A program made the translations under genes and the position numbers. Source: Candidatus Krumholzibacteriota bacterium (GTDB taxonomy: Bacteria; Krumholzibacteriota; Krumholzibacteriia; JACNKJ01). From it: a stretch of DNA of 64,000 nt. How positions within the stretch are numbered: the first letter of the stretch is position 1; the number at the start of each line of letters is the position of its first letter. Below are positions 27,979 through 35,647 of the stretch, piece after piece. Below the pieces are notes generated by a model. It saw only the letters and a list, made by a program, of their open reading frames with translations. It ran no database searches and had not been told where the DNA came from. The stretch covers positions 958-64,957 of the forward strand of contig JAFGBK010000107.1 in the NCBI GenBank assembly GCA_016933175.1, read 5' to 3'.

Positions 27979-29683
27979 TGGCGACCACCTTTCGCTCGTA
28001 GCGCGCCTCCCCCTGGACGGGATCGATGCGGACATTGACGACATAGAGCCCGTCGAGCAGCTCGCGCCCCCCGTCGTCGCGCAGGTCCCAGTCCGCGGCG
28101 AACTCGCGTGGGCCGCCGGCGGCGTCGATGACGCGCACGAGGCCGCCGGTCAGCGTGTAGACGCGCAGGGTGACGGACGCCGCGTCCTCGGCCGTGTTGA
28201 TCTGGATGGTCTCGCCCGGGCGGCCGCGCAGGCGGCCGGGGATGACCAGGGCCGGCCTGGGCCGGTAGGTGACGCTCAGCGCCGCTGACGGCGGCGAGAG
28301 GTTGCCCGTCGCGTCCACGCCGCGCGCCGTCCAGTCGTGCGTGCCCTCGCTGAGGGTGACGTAGGCGCTGAAGACGCCCGAGGGGCTGACGGCCACGGTC
28401 TGGCGCTCGACGCCGTCCTCGTAGAGGATGGCGTCGATGCCCGCCTCGGCGCAGGTGCCGGCCAGCTGGGCCACCTGCTGGATGTAGGTGGTGGTGGCCG
28501 TCGTCCAGACCGGCGCGGGCGGCGCGACGCCGTCCACGCGGACGGTCAGGCCGAGCACGCTGCCGTGGTCCCGCGTCCAGAGGCCGGCCTCGTCGCGGGC
28601 ATCGAGGCGGATGCGGTAGGTGCCGTCCACCAGCGTGCTGTCCCCCACCCAGGCGGCCGGCCGCGGCACGAGCGGCACGGCGAAGTCGGTGGAATCCGGC
28701 GCGGCGCCGGGCAGGCGCAGGGCGAGGGAGTCGAACTCCCCGCCGGCCTCCCAGGCCACGCGGCAGGAGTCCACGGCCTGGCGGTCCGTGGCGCGCACCA
28801 GCAGCGTGTCCGGCAGCGAGTCGGGGTGGAACCAGAAGGTCGTGCCGCCCGCCGCACCGCCGAAGTCCAGAACCGACAGCACCGGCGCCGCCGTGTCGAG
28901 GTCGAGGTTGACCAGCGTCGTGTCGGCGGGATTGCCCGCGTCGTCCTCCAGGCGCAGTCGGGCGCGGTAGAGCCCGTCGACGATGGCATCCTCGCCGTCG
29001 CGTCCGTCCCAGAGCAGGCGCATGCGCGGCACGCCGCCGGTGAACTGGTAGTACCCGGCGTCGCGCCCGACCAGGGCCACCTCGTCCCAGGTGCCGTCCG
29101 CCGGGTCGCGCCGCTCCAGGCGCGCCGTGGCCGTGTCCGTCAGGGTGTCGAAGTCCTCGGAGGTGAAGAAGAGCTGCAGGATCGTGTCGGCCCCGGCCGC
29201 CGTCGGCGTGAACCAGGGCGTGGGCTCCATGGCCACGGAGTGGAAGGTGGGGCCGGCGGTGCTGATCTCGAGCTGGATGGCCGGGTCCTGCCAGAGCGTG
29301 TCCGCGCCGGCGCGCGCGAAGGCGTGCAGGTAGTAGAAGCCGTCGGCCAGCGGCGCCTCGTACTGGTCGTCGCCGTTCCATCCGCACACGATGGTGAATG
29401 TGGTGGCCATGGCTCCGGCGGCGCTGGAGTCCGCCAGGACGACCAGCAGGTCCGCTGGGACCGGCGGGATGTCGGCCGTCGAATAGATGGCAGCATAGAC
29501 GGAGTCCACCACCGTCTCGCCACCACGGGCGGTGACGGTGATCGGGCACGTGTCCTGACTCCCGTCGCCGTTGGGCGAGAAGGCGCGGTCGTAGGAGAGC
29601 TGGAGCTCCAGGGCTCCGGCCGGCGCGGCCACGACGGCCGCGGCGATGGCGAGGATCAGGAGCCTGATGGGCAGTCTGGCCAC
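27965..29683 (-). CDS. Exported protein of tandem FlgD-Ig-like modules with an N-terminal FSPNGDG motif
   Basis: Signal peptide from GTG at 29683; FSPNGDG at 29581-29561; repeated W(N/D)G...(L/V)DGxY modules; C-terminal RVYTLTG.LVR...WDLRDD.G..LLDGLY...RKVVAIV. Confidence 0.75.
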   Translation of the reverse strand: MARLPIRLLILAIAAAVVAAPAGALELQLSYDRAFSPNGDGSQDTCPITVTARGGETVVDSVYAAIYSTADIPPVPADLLVVLADSSAAGAMATTFTIVCGWNGDDQYEAPLADGFYYLHAFARAGADTLWQDPAIQLEISTAGPTFHSVAMEPTPWFTPTAAGADTILQLFFTSEDFDTLTDTATARLERRDPADGTWDEVALVGRDAGYYQFTGGVPRMRLLWDGRDGEDAIVDGLYRARLRLEDDAGNPADTTLVNLDLDTAAPVLSVLDFGGAAGGTTFWFHPDSLPDTLLVRATDRQAVDSCRVAWEAGGEFDSLALRLPGAAPDSTDFAVPLVPRPAAWVGDSTLVDGTYRIRLDARDEAGLWTRDHGSVLGLTVRVDGVAPPAPVWTTATTTYIQQVAQLAGTCAEAGIDAILYEDGVERQTVAVSPSGVFSAYVTLSEGTHDWTARGVDATGNLSPPSAALSVTYRPRPALVIPGRLRGRPGETIQINTAEDAASVTLRVYTLTGGLVRVIDAAGGPREFAADWDLRDDGGRELLDGLYVVNVRIDPVQGEARYERKVVAIVRD

Positions 29684-29824
29684 GTTGCCGTCCCCGTGAA
29701 GCAAGGTCTTGATTCCAAAGGCTTTCTAGGCGATCCCCGGGCGGCCTGTCAAGGTGAAAGGATTTCAGCCTCCGTCACATGCATATCACGCAATGCGAAT
29801 GTGTTGCGCGGCTCGCTAATCAAA

Positions 29825-29854
29825 TTGTAAAGAATCCGTCCGTTCTGCTATAAT
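29825..29854 (+). promoter_or_regulatory. Extended -10 sigma70 promoter for the first A-B pair
   Basis: TTGTAA (29825-29830), 18-nt spacer, TGc-TATAAT (29849-29854). Confidence 0.65.
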
Positions 29855-29953
29855 CGCTTCCAGTTGCTCCTGAACATCTTGAGCCACTACTCCTCGGGGC
29901 TCACCGTGCCTCATGGGTCCAGTCCCTGGAGTAACATCACGGGAGGTTGTCAG

Positions 29954-30601
29954 TTGAAGAAATGGTTACTGACGCCGCTGATTCTCATCTGCCTGATGGC
30001 ATCAGGCAGCGCCTACGCACAGGTTACCATCCATTATGCCGGCTTCGGGTACGAAGAAGGGGGCTTCGATTACTCGGCGCCTGGTGACACACTCTGGTTC
30101 ATCGCCGAGGTCACGGGCCTCACGACGGAAGGCGGGCCTATCCCCTTCGATCCGGATATGTACGAGTACACGATGGTCGCCGGGCCCTTCATCTCCAACG
30201 GCGAGATCGTCGAGGGCACGCTGACCACCATCGTCTACAACCTCGGCTACTACTGGATCTACCAGGACGGGTCCTTCAACGCGGACTGGGACGAGTACCC
30301 CTACGTCAGCGATCCGCCCTCCACCTTCCTGGACGGCGATCTCTGGCTGGCCGGCCCCTTCACGGACTTCATCTTCTATGTGTTCCGCGACTACGGCCTC
30401 GGCAACTACGACGGGCACATCCAGCTCAGCGAGGGCATCGCCTTACCCTACCTCGCAGAGCAGGCCTACACCTTCGGCGGTACCCTGCATCCGCCCCACG
30501 GCGGCGTCGAACCGCCCCTGGGCTACGAGTTCTACATCGACGGGGAAACCTTCGTGCCCGTTATGGCATCCACCTGGGGCGCGGTCAAGGCCCTCTACTA
30601 G
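29954..30601 (+). CDS. Exported acidic protein A1 with C-terminal TWxxVKxLY motif
   Basis: GGGAGG RBS, TTG start at 29954, signal peptide; ends VPVMASTWGAVKALY. Confidence 0.8.
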   Translation: MKKWLLTPLILICLMASGSAYAQVTIHYAGFGYEEGGFDYSAPGDTLWFIAEVTGLTTEGGPIPFDPDMYEYTMVAGPFISNGEIVEGTLTTIVYNLGYYWIYQDGSFNADWDEYPYVSDPPSTFLDGDLWLAGPFTDFIFYVFRDYGLGNYDGHIQLSEGIALPYLAEQAYTFGGTLHPPHGGVEPPLGYEFYIDGETFVPVMASTWGAVKALY

Positions 30602-30625
30602 CAGGAACAGCGAAGGAGAGACAGC

Positions 30626-31264
30626 ATGAGAAAGGTTTTCTTCATCACGGTGCTCCTCCTCCTGGTTGCCGCCGTGCCGGCCCTGGCCGACTCCTACAAC
30701 ATCCTGAAGGAGGGCTTCAGCTTCTTCGAGGGCAGCACCGTCGGCGCCATCGGCCGGCTCGAGCCCCTGCAGACGCAGAACCCCCCGATCAACTGGGACT
30801 TCGACAGCTACGAGGTGACCTGGGCGCTGCTGGACATGACGGTCGTCGCGGAAACTCCCATGGGGCCCTTCATCCAGTACGAGCTGGAAGGCGGCACCGT
30901 GGCCCTCTACGAGGACCCGCTCATGGATCTGGACTACGGTGACTACCCCGCCGACGGCATCCCCACGGCGACCAACGGCACCGTGGCCCTGTCCGGAGAC
31001 GTCGTGTCGGCCATCCTCCTGTTCAGCACCATGACCGAGACGGGCAACTTCGACGGCACCATGTTCTTCACGGGCGGCAGCCGCTACCCCGAGCTGGAGG
31101 CCCTGGGCATCGGCCTGTTCGAGTGGCTGATCTTCGACGGCGTCAGCGCCGATGAAGCCGTGGGCGTGCCGCCGGGATACCATTCTCGGTTCGCGGGCCG
31201 CTTCTACACGCTGACGACGCCCGTGGACGACACGACCTGGACGAAGGTGCGTTCGCTCTACTAG
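30626..31264 (+). CDS. Exported acidic protein B1 with C-terminal TWxxVRxLY motif
   Basis: Signal peptide; ends TPVDDTTWTKVRSLY. Confidence 0.85.
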   Translation: MRKVFFITVLLLLVAAVPALADSYNILKEGFSFFEGSTVGAIGRLEPLQTQNPPINWDFDSYEVTWALLDMTVVAETPMGPFIQYELEGGTVALYEDPLMDLDYGDYPADGIPTATNGTVALSGDVVSAILLFSTMTETGNFDGTMFFTGGSRYPELEALGIGLFEWLIFDGVSADEAVGVPPGYHSRFAGRFYTLTTPVDDTTWTKVRSLY

Positions 31265-31337
31265 ACGATCGCGCCAAAGTGACACGGGGGCGTGACAATG
31301 CTCCCGGCTCGAGATGTTCCTTGCTCTCAGGCAGATG

Positions 31338-31372
31338 GACGGACTCCCTCGCGCGAGGGAGTCCGTCTCTTT
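31338..31372 (+). terminator. Intrinsic terminator after B1
   Basis: Perfect 13-bp stem GACGGACTCCCTC / GAGGGAGTCCGTC, GCGC loop, followed by TCTTT. Confidence 0.8.
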
Positions 31373-31374
31373 CG

Positions 31375-31403
31375 TTGAGAAAAATTATGGACCCTGCTAT
31401 ACT
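31375..31403 (+). promoter_or_regulatory. Extended -10 sigma70 promoter for the second A-B pair
   Basis: TTGAGA (31375-31380), 17-nt spacer, TGc-TATACT (31398-31403). Confidence 0.7.
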
Positions 31404-31505
31404 GCATTGCGACTCGCAACACAACCAACGCGAGCATCCACTGCGACGGGTGCATCCGGCCAGAGAGGGCGCCCCGGCAGGTGGACTCAACCGGGAGGTC
31501 GTCAG

Positions 31506-32168
31506 TTGAAGAGACTGTTACTGGCACCGCTGCTTCTGTGCGCGCTGCTGCTATGGGCGTCTCCGCTTCTCGCACAGACCGATGACATCTTCATCCACTT
31601 CGCGGGCAACGGGCTCGAGGAAGGCGGATTCGACTGGTCCGATCCGGGCGACGAGCTGAACGTCATCGCCATCGTCACCAACGTCGAGTATCCGCCGGAG
31701 CTGAGCATCCCCTACAACCCCGACTACGAGTACACGCTGGTCGTGACGGGCCTCATCTCCAACGGCGAGATCGTGGAGAGCGGCGCCTCGACCATCGTCT
31801 ACAACCTGGGCGGCTTCGCCATCTACGAGGACACGTCGCCCGACGCGTCCTGGGACGAGTACCCCATCGTGGGCACGCCGCCCGCCTCCTTCGCGGACGG
31901 CACCGTGTGGCTCAGCGGCCCCTTCACCGACTTCATCATGTGGATCGTGCGCGACTGGGCCATCGGCAACTTCGAGGGTCACATCGACCTGAGCGGCGGC
32001 TCGGCGCTCCCCTCCTTCCCCTCCACGGAGGCCTACACCTTCGGCGGCGCCCTGTGGCCGCCGCACAGCCCGACGATTCCGCCCGGCTACGACGTCTCGA
32101 TCGACGGCGAGGCCTGGGTCATCCCGACACAGGAAACCACCTGGACCAGGGTCAAGGGACTCTACTGA
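31506..32168 (+). CDS. Exported acidic protein A2 (paralog of A1) with C-terminal TWxxVKxLY motif
   Basis: Same GGGAGGT.GTCAG-TTG start context as A1; aligns with A1 throughout; ends IPTQETTWTRVKGLY. Confidence 0.8.
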   Translation: MKRLLLAPLLLCALLLWASPLLAQTDDIFIHFAGNGLEEGGFDWSDPGDELNVIAIVTNVEYPPELSIPYNPDYEYTLVVTGLISNGEIVESGASTIVYNLGGFAIYEDTSPDASWDEYPIVGTPPASFADGTVWLSGPFTDFIMWIVRDWAIGNFEGHIDLSGGSALPSFPSTEAYTFGGALWPPHSPTIPPGYDVSIDGEAWVIPTQETTWTRVKGLY

Positions 32169-32191
32169 CCCGCGCCGAAAGGAGTGACAGC

Positions 32192-32830
32192 ATGAGGAAG
32201 ACGATCATGGCAGTGCTCCTGCTGGTGCTCGCCCTGCCGGCCGTGGCCCAGGACGAGAGCGCCTACCACTTCCTGCGGGAGGGCTACGGATTCTTCACCG
32301 ACATCGCCCTGGGCGCCATCGGCAAGCTGGAACCCGTCCAGTCCGAGAATCCGCCTCTCGCCTTCGACTTCGACGCCGTCGAGGTCACCTGGGCCATGCT
32401 CGACATGGAGATCGTCTCGGAGTCGACCGTCGGCACCATGACCTTCTGGGAGCTGACCGGCGGCACCGTCGCCATCTACGAGGACCCCGCCTGCGACCTG
32501 AACTACGGCGCCTCGCCGGCCGAGGGCCTACCCACGGCCACCAACGGCACGGCGGTCCTCACCGGCCCCATCTTCCACGCCGAGATGTTCTTCAACAACT
32601 CGTCGGGGACCGGCAGCATCACGGGCGACATGGACTTCACGGGCGGCACCCGCTTCGCGGAACTCGAGGCCCTGGGGCTCGACGAGGCCGACTGGCACTT
32701 CAACGATCCCATGAGCGCCGACGCGTCCGTCCCGGCGGGCTACCACGCGCGCTGGGCCGGCCGCATCACGGGCATCCTCACCATCCCGACGGCGGACTGC
32801 ACCTGGACCCGCGTGCGGGCGCTCTACTAG
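32192..32830 (+). CDS. Exported acidic protein B2 (paralog of B1) with C-terminal TWxxVRxLY motif
   Basis: GGAG RBS, ATG at 32192; aligns with B1; ends IPTADCTWTRVRALY. Confidence 0.85.
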   Translation: MRKTIMAVLLLVLALPAVAQDESAYHFLREGYGFFTDIALGAIGKLEPVQSENPPLAFDFDAVEVTWAMLDMEIVSESTVGTMTFWELTGGTVAIYEDPACDLNYGASPAEGLPTATNGTAVLTGPIFHAEMFFNNSSGTGSITGDMDFTGGTRFAELEALGLDEADWHFNDPMSADASVPAGYHARWAGRITGILTIPTADCTWTRVRALY

Positions 32831-32867
32831 CACCGGATCAACGGCGCCGCGCCGGCGATCCGCAAGG

Positions 32868-32904
32868 AAAAACGGGGTTCCCGCCGGCGGCGGGAGCCCC
32901 GTTT
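32868..32904. terminator. Probable bidirectional terminator between B2 and the convergent peptidase gene
   Basis: AAACGGGGTTCCCG / CGGGAGCCCCGTTT stem with an A-run on the left and TTT on the right. Confidence 0.6.
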
Positions 32905-32995
32905 CGCCTCATCATCACGACCGCCGCGCCCCGGCGCCCTTCCGCGAGGCGGCGCGGCGCCTGCCAGCGCCGCGTCCCGGCGCGCCGGCCCGATC

Positions 32996-35647
32996 CTAGC
33001 GCGACACGCGCACCACGAGCACGCCGAGGTCCGCGTCCATGTCGCCAGTGAAGCGCAGGGTCACGGATCCGCCGGCCGGCGGCGCGTGCCCGGACTCCAC
33101 CTCGAAGATCAGGTAGTCCGCGGCTGTCGGGTGGACGACGTCGCCGTGGGCCGGGTCATCGAAGTAGACGGGCAGGACCGCCAGGGCCTCGCCCGGCGCG
33201 GCGCCGTAGGGGTAATCCAGGCGCAGGTTGTGGCTCGTGAACCGGTAGGCGGGGCCGAGGTCGTCGGCGAAGCCGTCGTCGTCCAGATCGCGGTCGTCCA
33301 GGTAGATGGCGGCGGCCCAGTCCTTGAAGAGCTGGGCGAAGGTCTCGCCCGTGGCCTGGGCCACGTTGGCGGCGCCTGATTCGGGGCCGCCGATCAGGGC
33401 GCCGGCCGTGGCGGCGCCGAAGCGGTCGAGCAGGTAGCGGCAGAAGAGGTAGGCCGCGCCGCGCTCGGCCAGGGCGTTGCCCCCCAGGGTGAGGCTGGTG
33501 TAGCGCGTGGCGCGCGTGTGCAGGAAGAGCTTCACGCGGCCCACGTTCTGGTCATCGTAACCGCAGAGGTTCTCGGCCAGGTGGCTGAGCCCCTCGTTGA
33601 GCCAGAGCTCCTCCTCAGGTGTGGATGGCGTACCCTGTATGATGTGCCGCTGGCCGGCGTTGATCATGTGCTGGAACTCGTGGGCGAGGATGGGCGCCAG
33701 GGCGGCGAAGGCGCCGTCCACCGTGTGGGGCACCTGGCTGAACTCGCCCGACGGATCGGGCACGAGGCCGTAGAAGATCTCGGCGTGGTTGCTGACCGGT
33801 CCGTAGAAGATGTCCAGATCCGGCGCGTAGAAGTAGCCGCCGATGTAGGCGCCCGGCGGGATGCCGGGGTCGTCGGAGAGGCTGTTGACCACGGGCGTGA
33901 GCAGGACGATGACCTTGTCGTTGTCGTCGATGTCCGAGGGAGCGCCGAAGGCCGTGACGTCCGTGAGGTAGTCCTGCTGGTCGAAGCAGTCGCCCAGCGC
34001 TTCGATCTTGAGATCGGGCACGTTCCCAACCGGCGTCGTGTCGTCCACGTAGATGATCGTGTTGGCGCCCTCGTAGCGCCTCGTCGCGTCGACCGCCTCG
34101 TGGGTGTAGCCGTAGATATCCGCCAGCACGTAGAAGGTGGCGTGCTCGTCGCTGCGCCCGCGCGGCGGCAGGGGCGGCAGGTCTCCGTCGGCGCCGAAGC
34201 CCTGGAGGGAGAGCCGCTGGCGGTGGAAGCGGGCGAGGGCGTCCTCGGCCGCCGGCTCGCCGCCGCCCATGGCCAGGGCCTGCATGGCGACGGCCCAGCT
34301 CTGGGGATCGTCGGGGCCGTCCTGGTTCAGGCTGTAGGGAATCACCGCGTAGCTCGTGCCGCTGGTTGGCACGCGGAACTCCACGTCCACCGCGCCGTGG
34401 ACGAAGGGATGGTCCTCCACCTGGCCCAGGGGCTGGGTCACCGAGACCACGAGGGGCGGGCTCGCCGACTGGCTGCCCACCGCCAGGGTCAGGTCGTGGT
34501 CCCCCTCCTCGATCTCGGCGGGGACGCGGGCCTTGAGGTGGGTCTCGGTGGCCGTGACGATGGTCATGGCCAGGCCGCCCAGGCGCAGGTCGTTGTAGGC
34601 GGGCGTCTCGCAGAAGTTATCGCCGTAGATGTCCAGCAGGTCCAGGTTGTCCACGGGCGTCGTCGGGTTGAAGTAGTCGAGCACCGGCCCGTGATCGGCA
34701 ACGGCCGCCGCGTCCACCGGATCGAGGCCCGCCGCCGTGGCGGTGAGGAGCTGGGTGCCGTGGGCGCCGCCGAGGGTCCAGGCCACGCGCAGGTTGCCGG
34801 CGCCGTCGGCCACGCCGCCGGCGGGGCTGGCGCTGCCGCCGACCGAGGCCGTGAAGGTCACGGCCGGGCCCGTCACCGGATTGCCGTAGGCGTCGTGGAC
34901 CTGGAGGGTCAGGGAGTCGGCCAGGGTGACGCTCGGCGCGTCCTTCTGGCCCACGCCCCCCACCCAGGCCAGGCTCGCCGGCGGTCCGGCCAGGGCCGTC
35001 GCCGTCATGGTCGCCGCCGTCGTGAAGCTCAGCTCTTGCCCGTAGGGCGCCACCGTGAGGGCGCCGGCCACCTCGCCGAGGGTGAGCCGCGATGCCGCGC
35101 GCCCCGCCGCGTCGGTGAGGGTGGTCTCGGGCGAGAAGGTGCCCGCGCCCGCCGTCAGGGCGAAGATCACCGCGACGCCCGGCACGACGGCGCCGCCGCC
35201 GTCCTCCACCTGGAAGACCAGGGAGTCGGCCAGCGCCGTCGCGACGGTGGCCGACTGGCCGTCGCCCGACACGGCGACCAGGCCGAAGGGCTCGCCCGCG
35301 TGAAGGGTGATGGACGGGCTGATGTTCCCGGCGGCGTCGATGGCCTGGATCATGATCTCGTCCAGGTACTCGCCCGCGATCCCGAGGCTGAAGGCGCCGT
35401 CGCTCCCGGCGGACTCGCGCACGATGACCATGCCGTCGGCGTCCAGGTTGCGCGCCTCGACGGTGGCGTCGGCCTCCACCGCGCCGGGCTCGCCCGCCAC
35501 CGTCAGCATGCCGCCGCCGGCGATGGTGATGCTGATGAGGGCGGCCACGGGCTGGGGCGGCGGCGTGATGTCCAGGAGCTGCTCCGTGGAGCAGCCGAGG
35601 GCCGCGGCCAGGGCCAGGATGGTCAGAACGCGGGTCAGTCGTCGCAC
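32996..35647 (-). CDS. Lipoprotein with Ig-like/Big_1 and IPT/TIG domains and a C-terminal HExxH zinc metallopeptidase (M30/gluzincin-like)
   Basis: Lipobox ALGC; Ig-like repeats; LAHEFQHMI and downstream WLNEGLS (third ligand Glu). Confidence 0.82.
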   Translation of the reverse strand: MRRLTRVLTILALAAALGCSTEQLLDITPPPQPVAALISITIAGGGMLTVAGEPGAVEADATVEARNLDADGMVIVRESAGSDGAFSLGIAGEYLDEIMIQAIDAAGNISPSITLHAGEPFGLVAVSGDGQSATVATALADSLVFQVEDGGGAVVPGVAVIFALTAGAGTFSPETTLTDAAGRAASRLTLGEVAGALTVAPYGQELSFTTAATMTATALAGPPASLAWVGGVGQKDAPSVTLADSLTLQVHDAYGNPVTGPAVTFTASVGGSASPAGGVADGAGNLRVAWTLGGAHGTQLLTATAAGLDPVDAAAVADHGPVLDYFNPTTPVDNLDLLDIYGDNFCETPAYNDLRLGGLAMTIVTATETHLKARVPAEIEEGDHDLTLAVGSQSASPPLVVSVTQPLGQVEDHPFVHGAVDVEFRVPTSGTSYAVIPYSLNQDGPDDPQSWAVAMQALAMGGGEPAAEDALARFHRQRLSLQGFGADGDLPPLPPRGRSDEHATFYVLADIYGYTHEAVDATRRYEGANTIIYVDDTTPVGNVPDLKIEALGDCFDQQDYLTDVTAFGAPSDIDDNDKVIVLLTPVVNSLSDDPGIPPGAYIGGYFYAPDLDIFYGPVSNHAEIFYGLVPDPSGEFSQVPHTVDGAFAALAPILAHEFQHMINAGQRHIIQGTPSTPEEELWLNEGLSHLAENLCGYDDQNVGRVKLFLHTRATRYTSLTLGGNALAERGAAYLFCRYLLDRFGAATAGALIGGPESGAANVAQATGETFAQLFKDWAAAIYLDDRDLDDDGFADDLGPAYRFTSHNLRLDYPYGAAPGEALAVLPVYFDDPAHGDVVHPTAADYLIFEVESGHAPPAGGSVTLRFTGDMDADLGVLVVRVSR

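Noticed and set aside
29700-31500. Locally lower GC suggesting horizontal transfer of the A-B cluster
   Set aside because: The AT enrichment is mostly in promoter and intergenic DNA, the coding regions keep high GC3, and there is no integrase, tRNA or flanking repeat.
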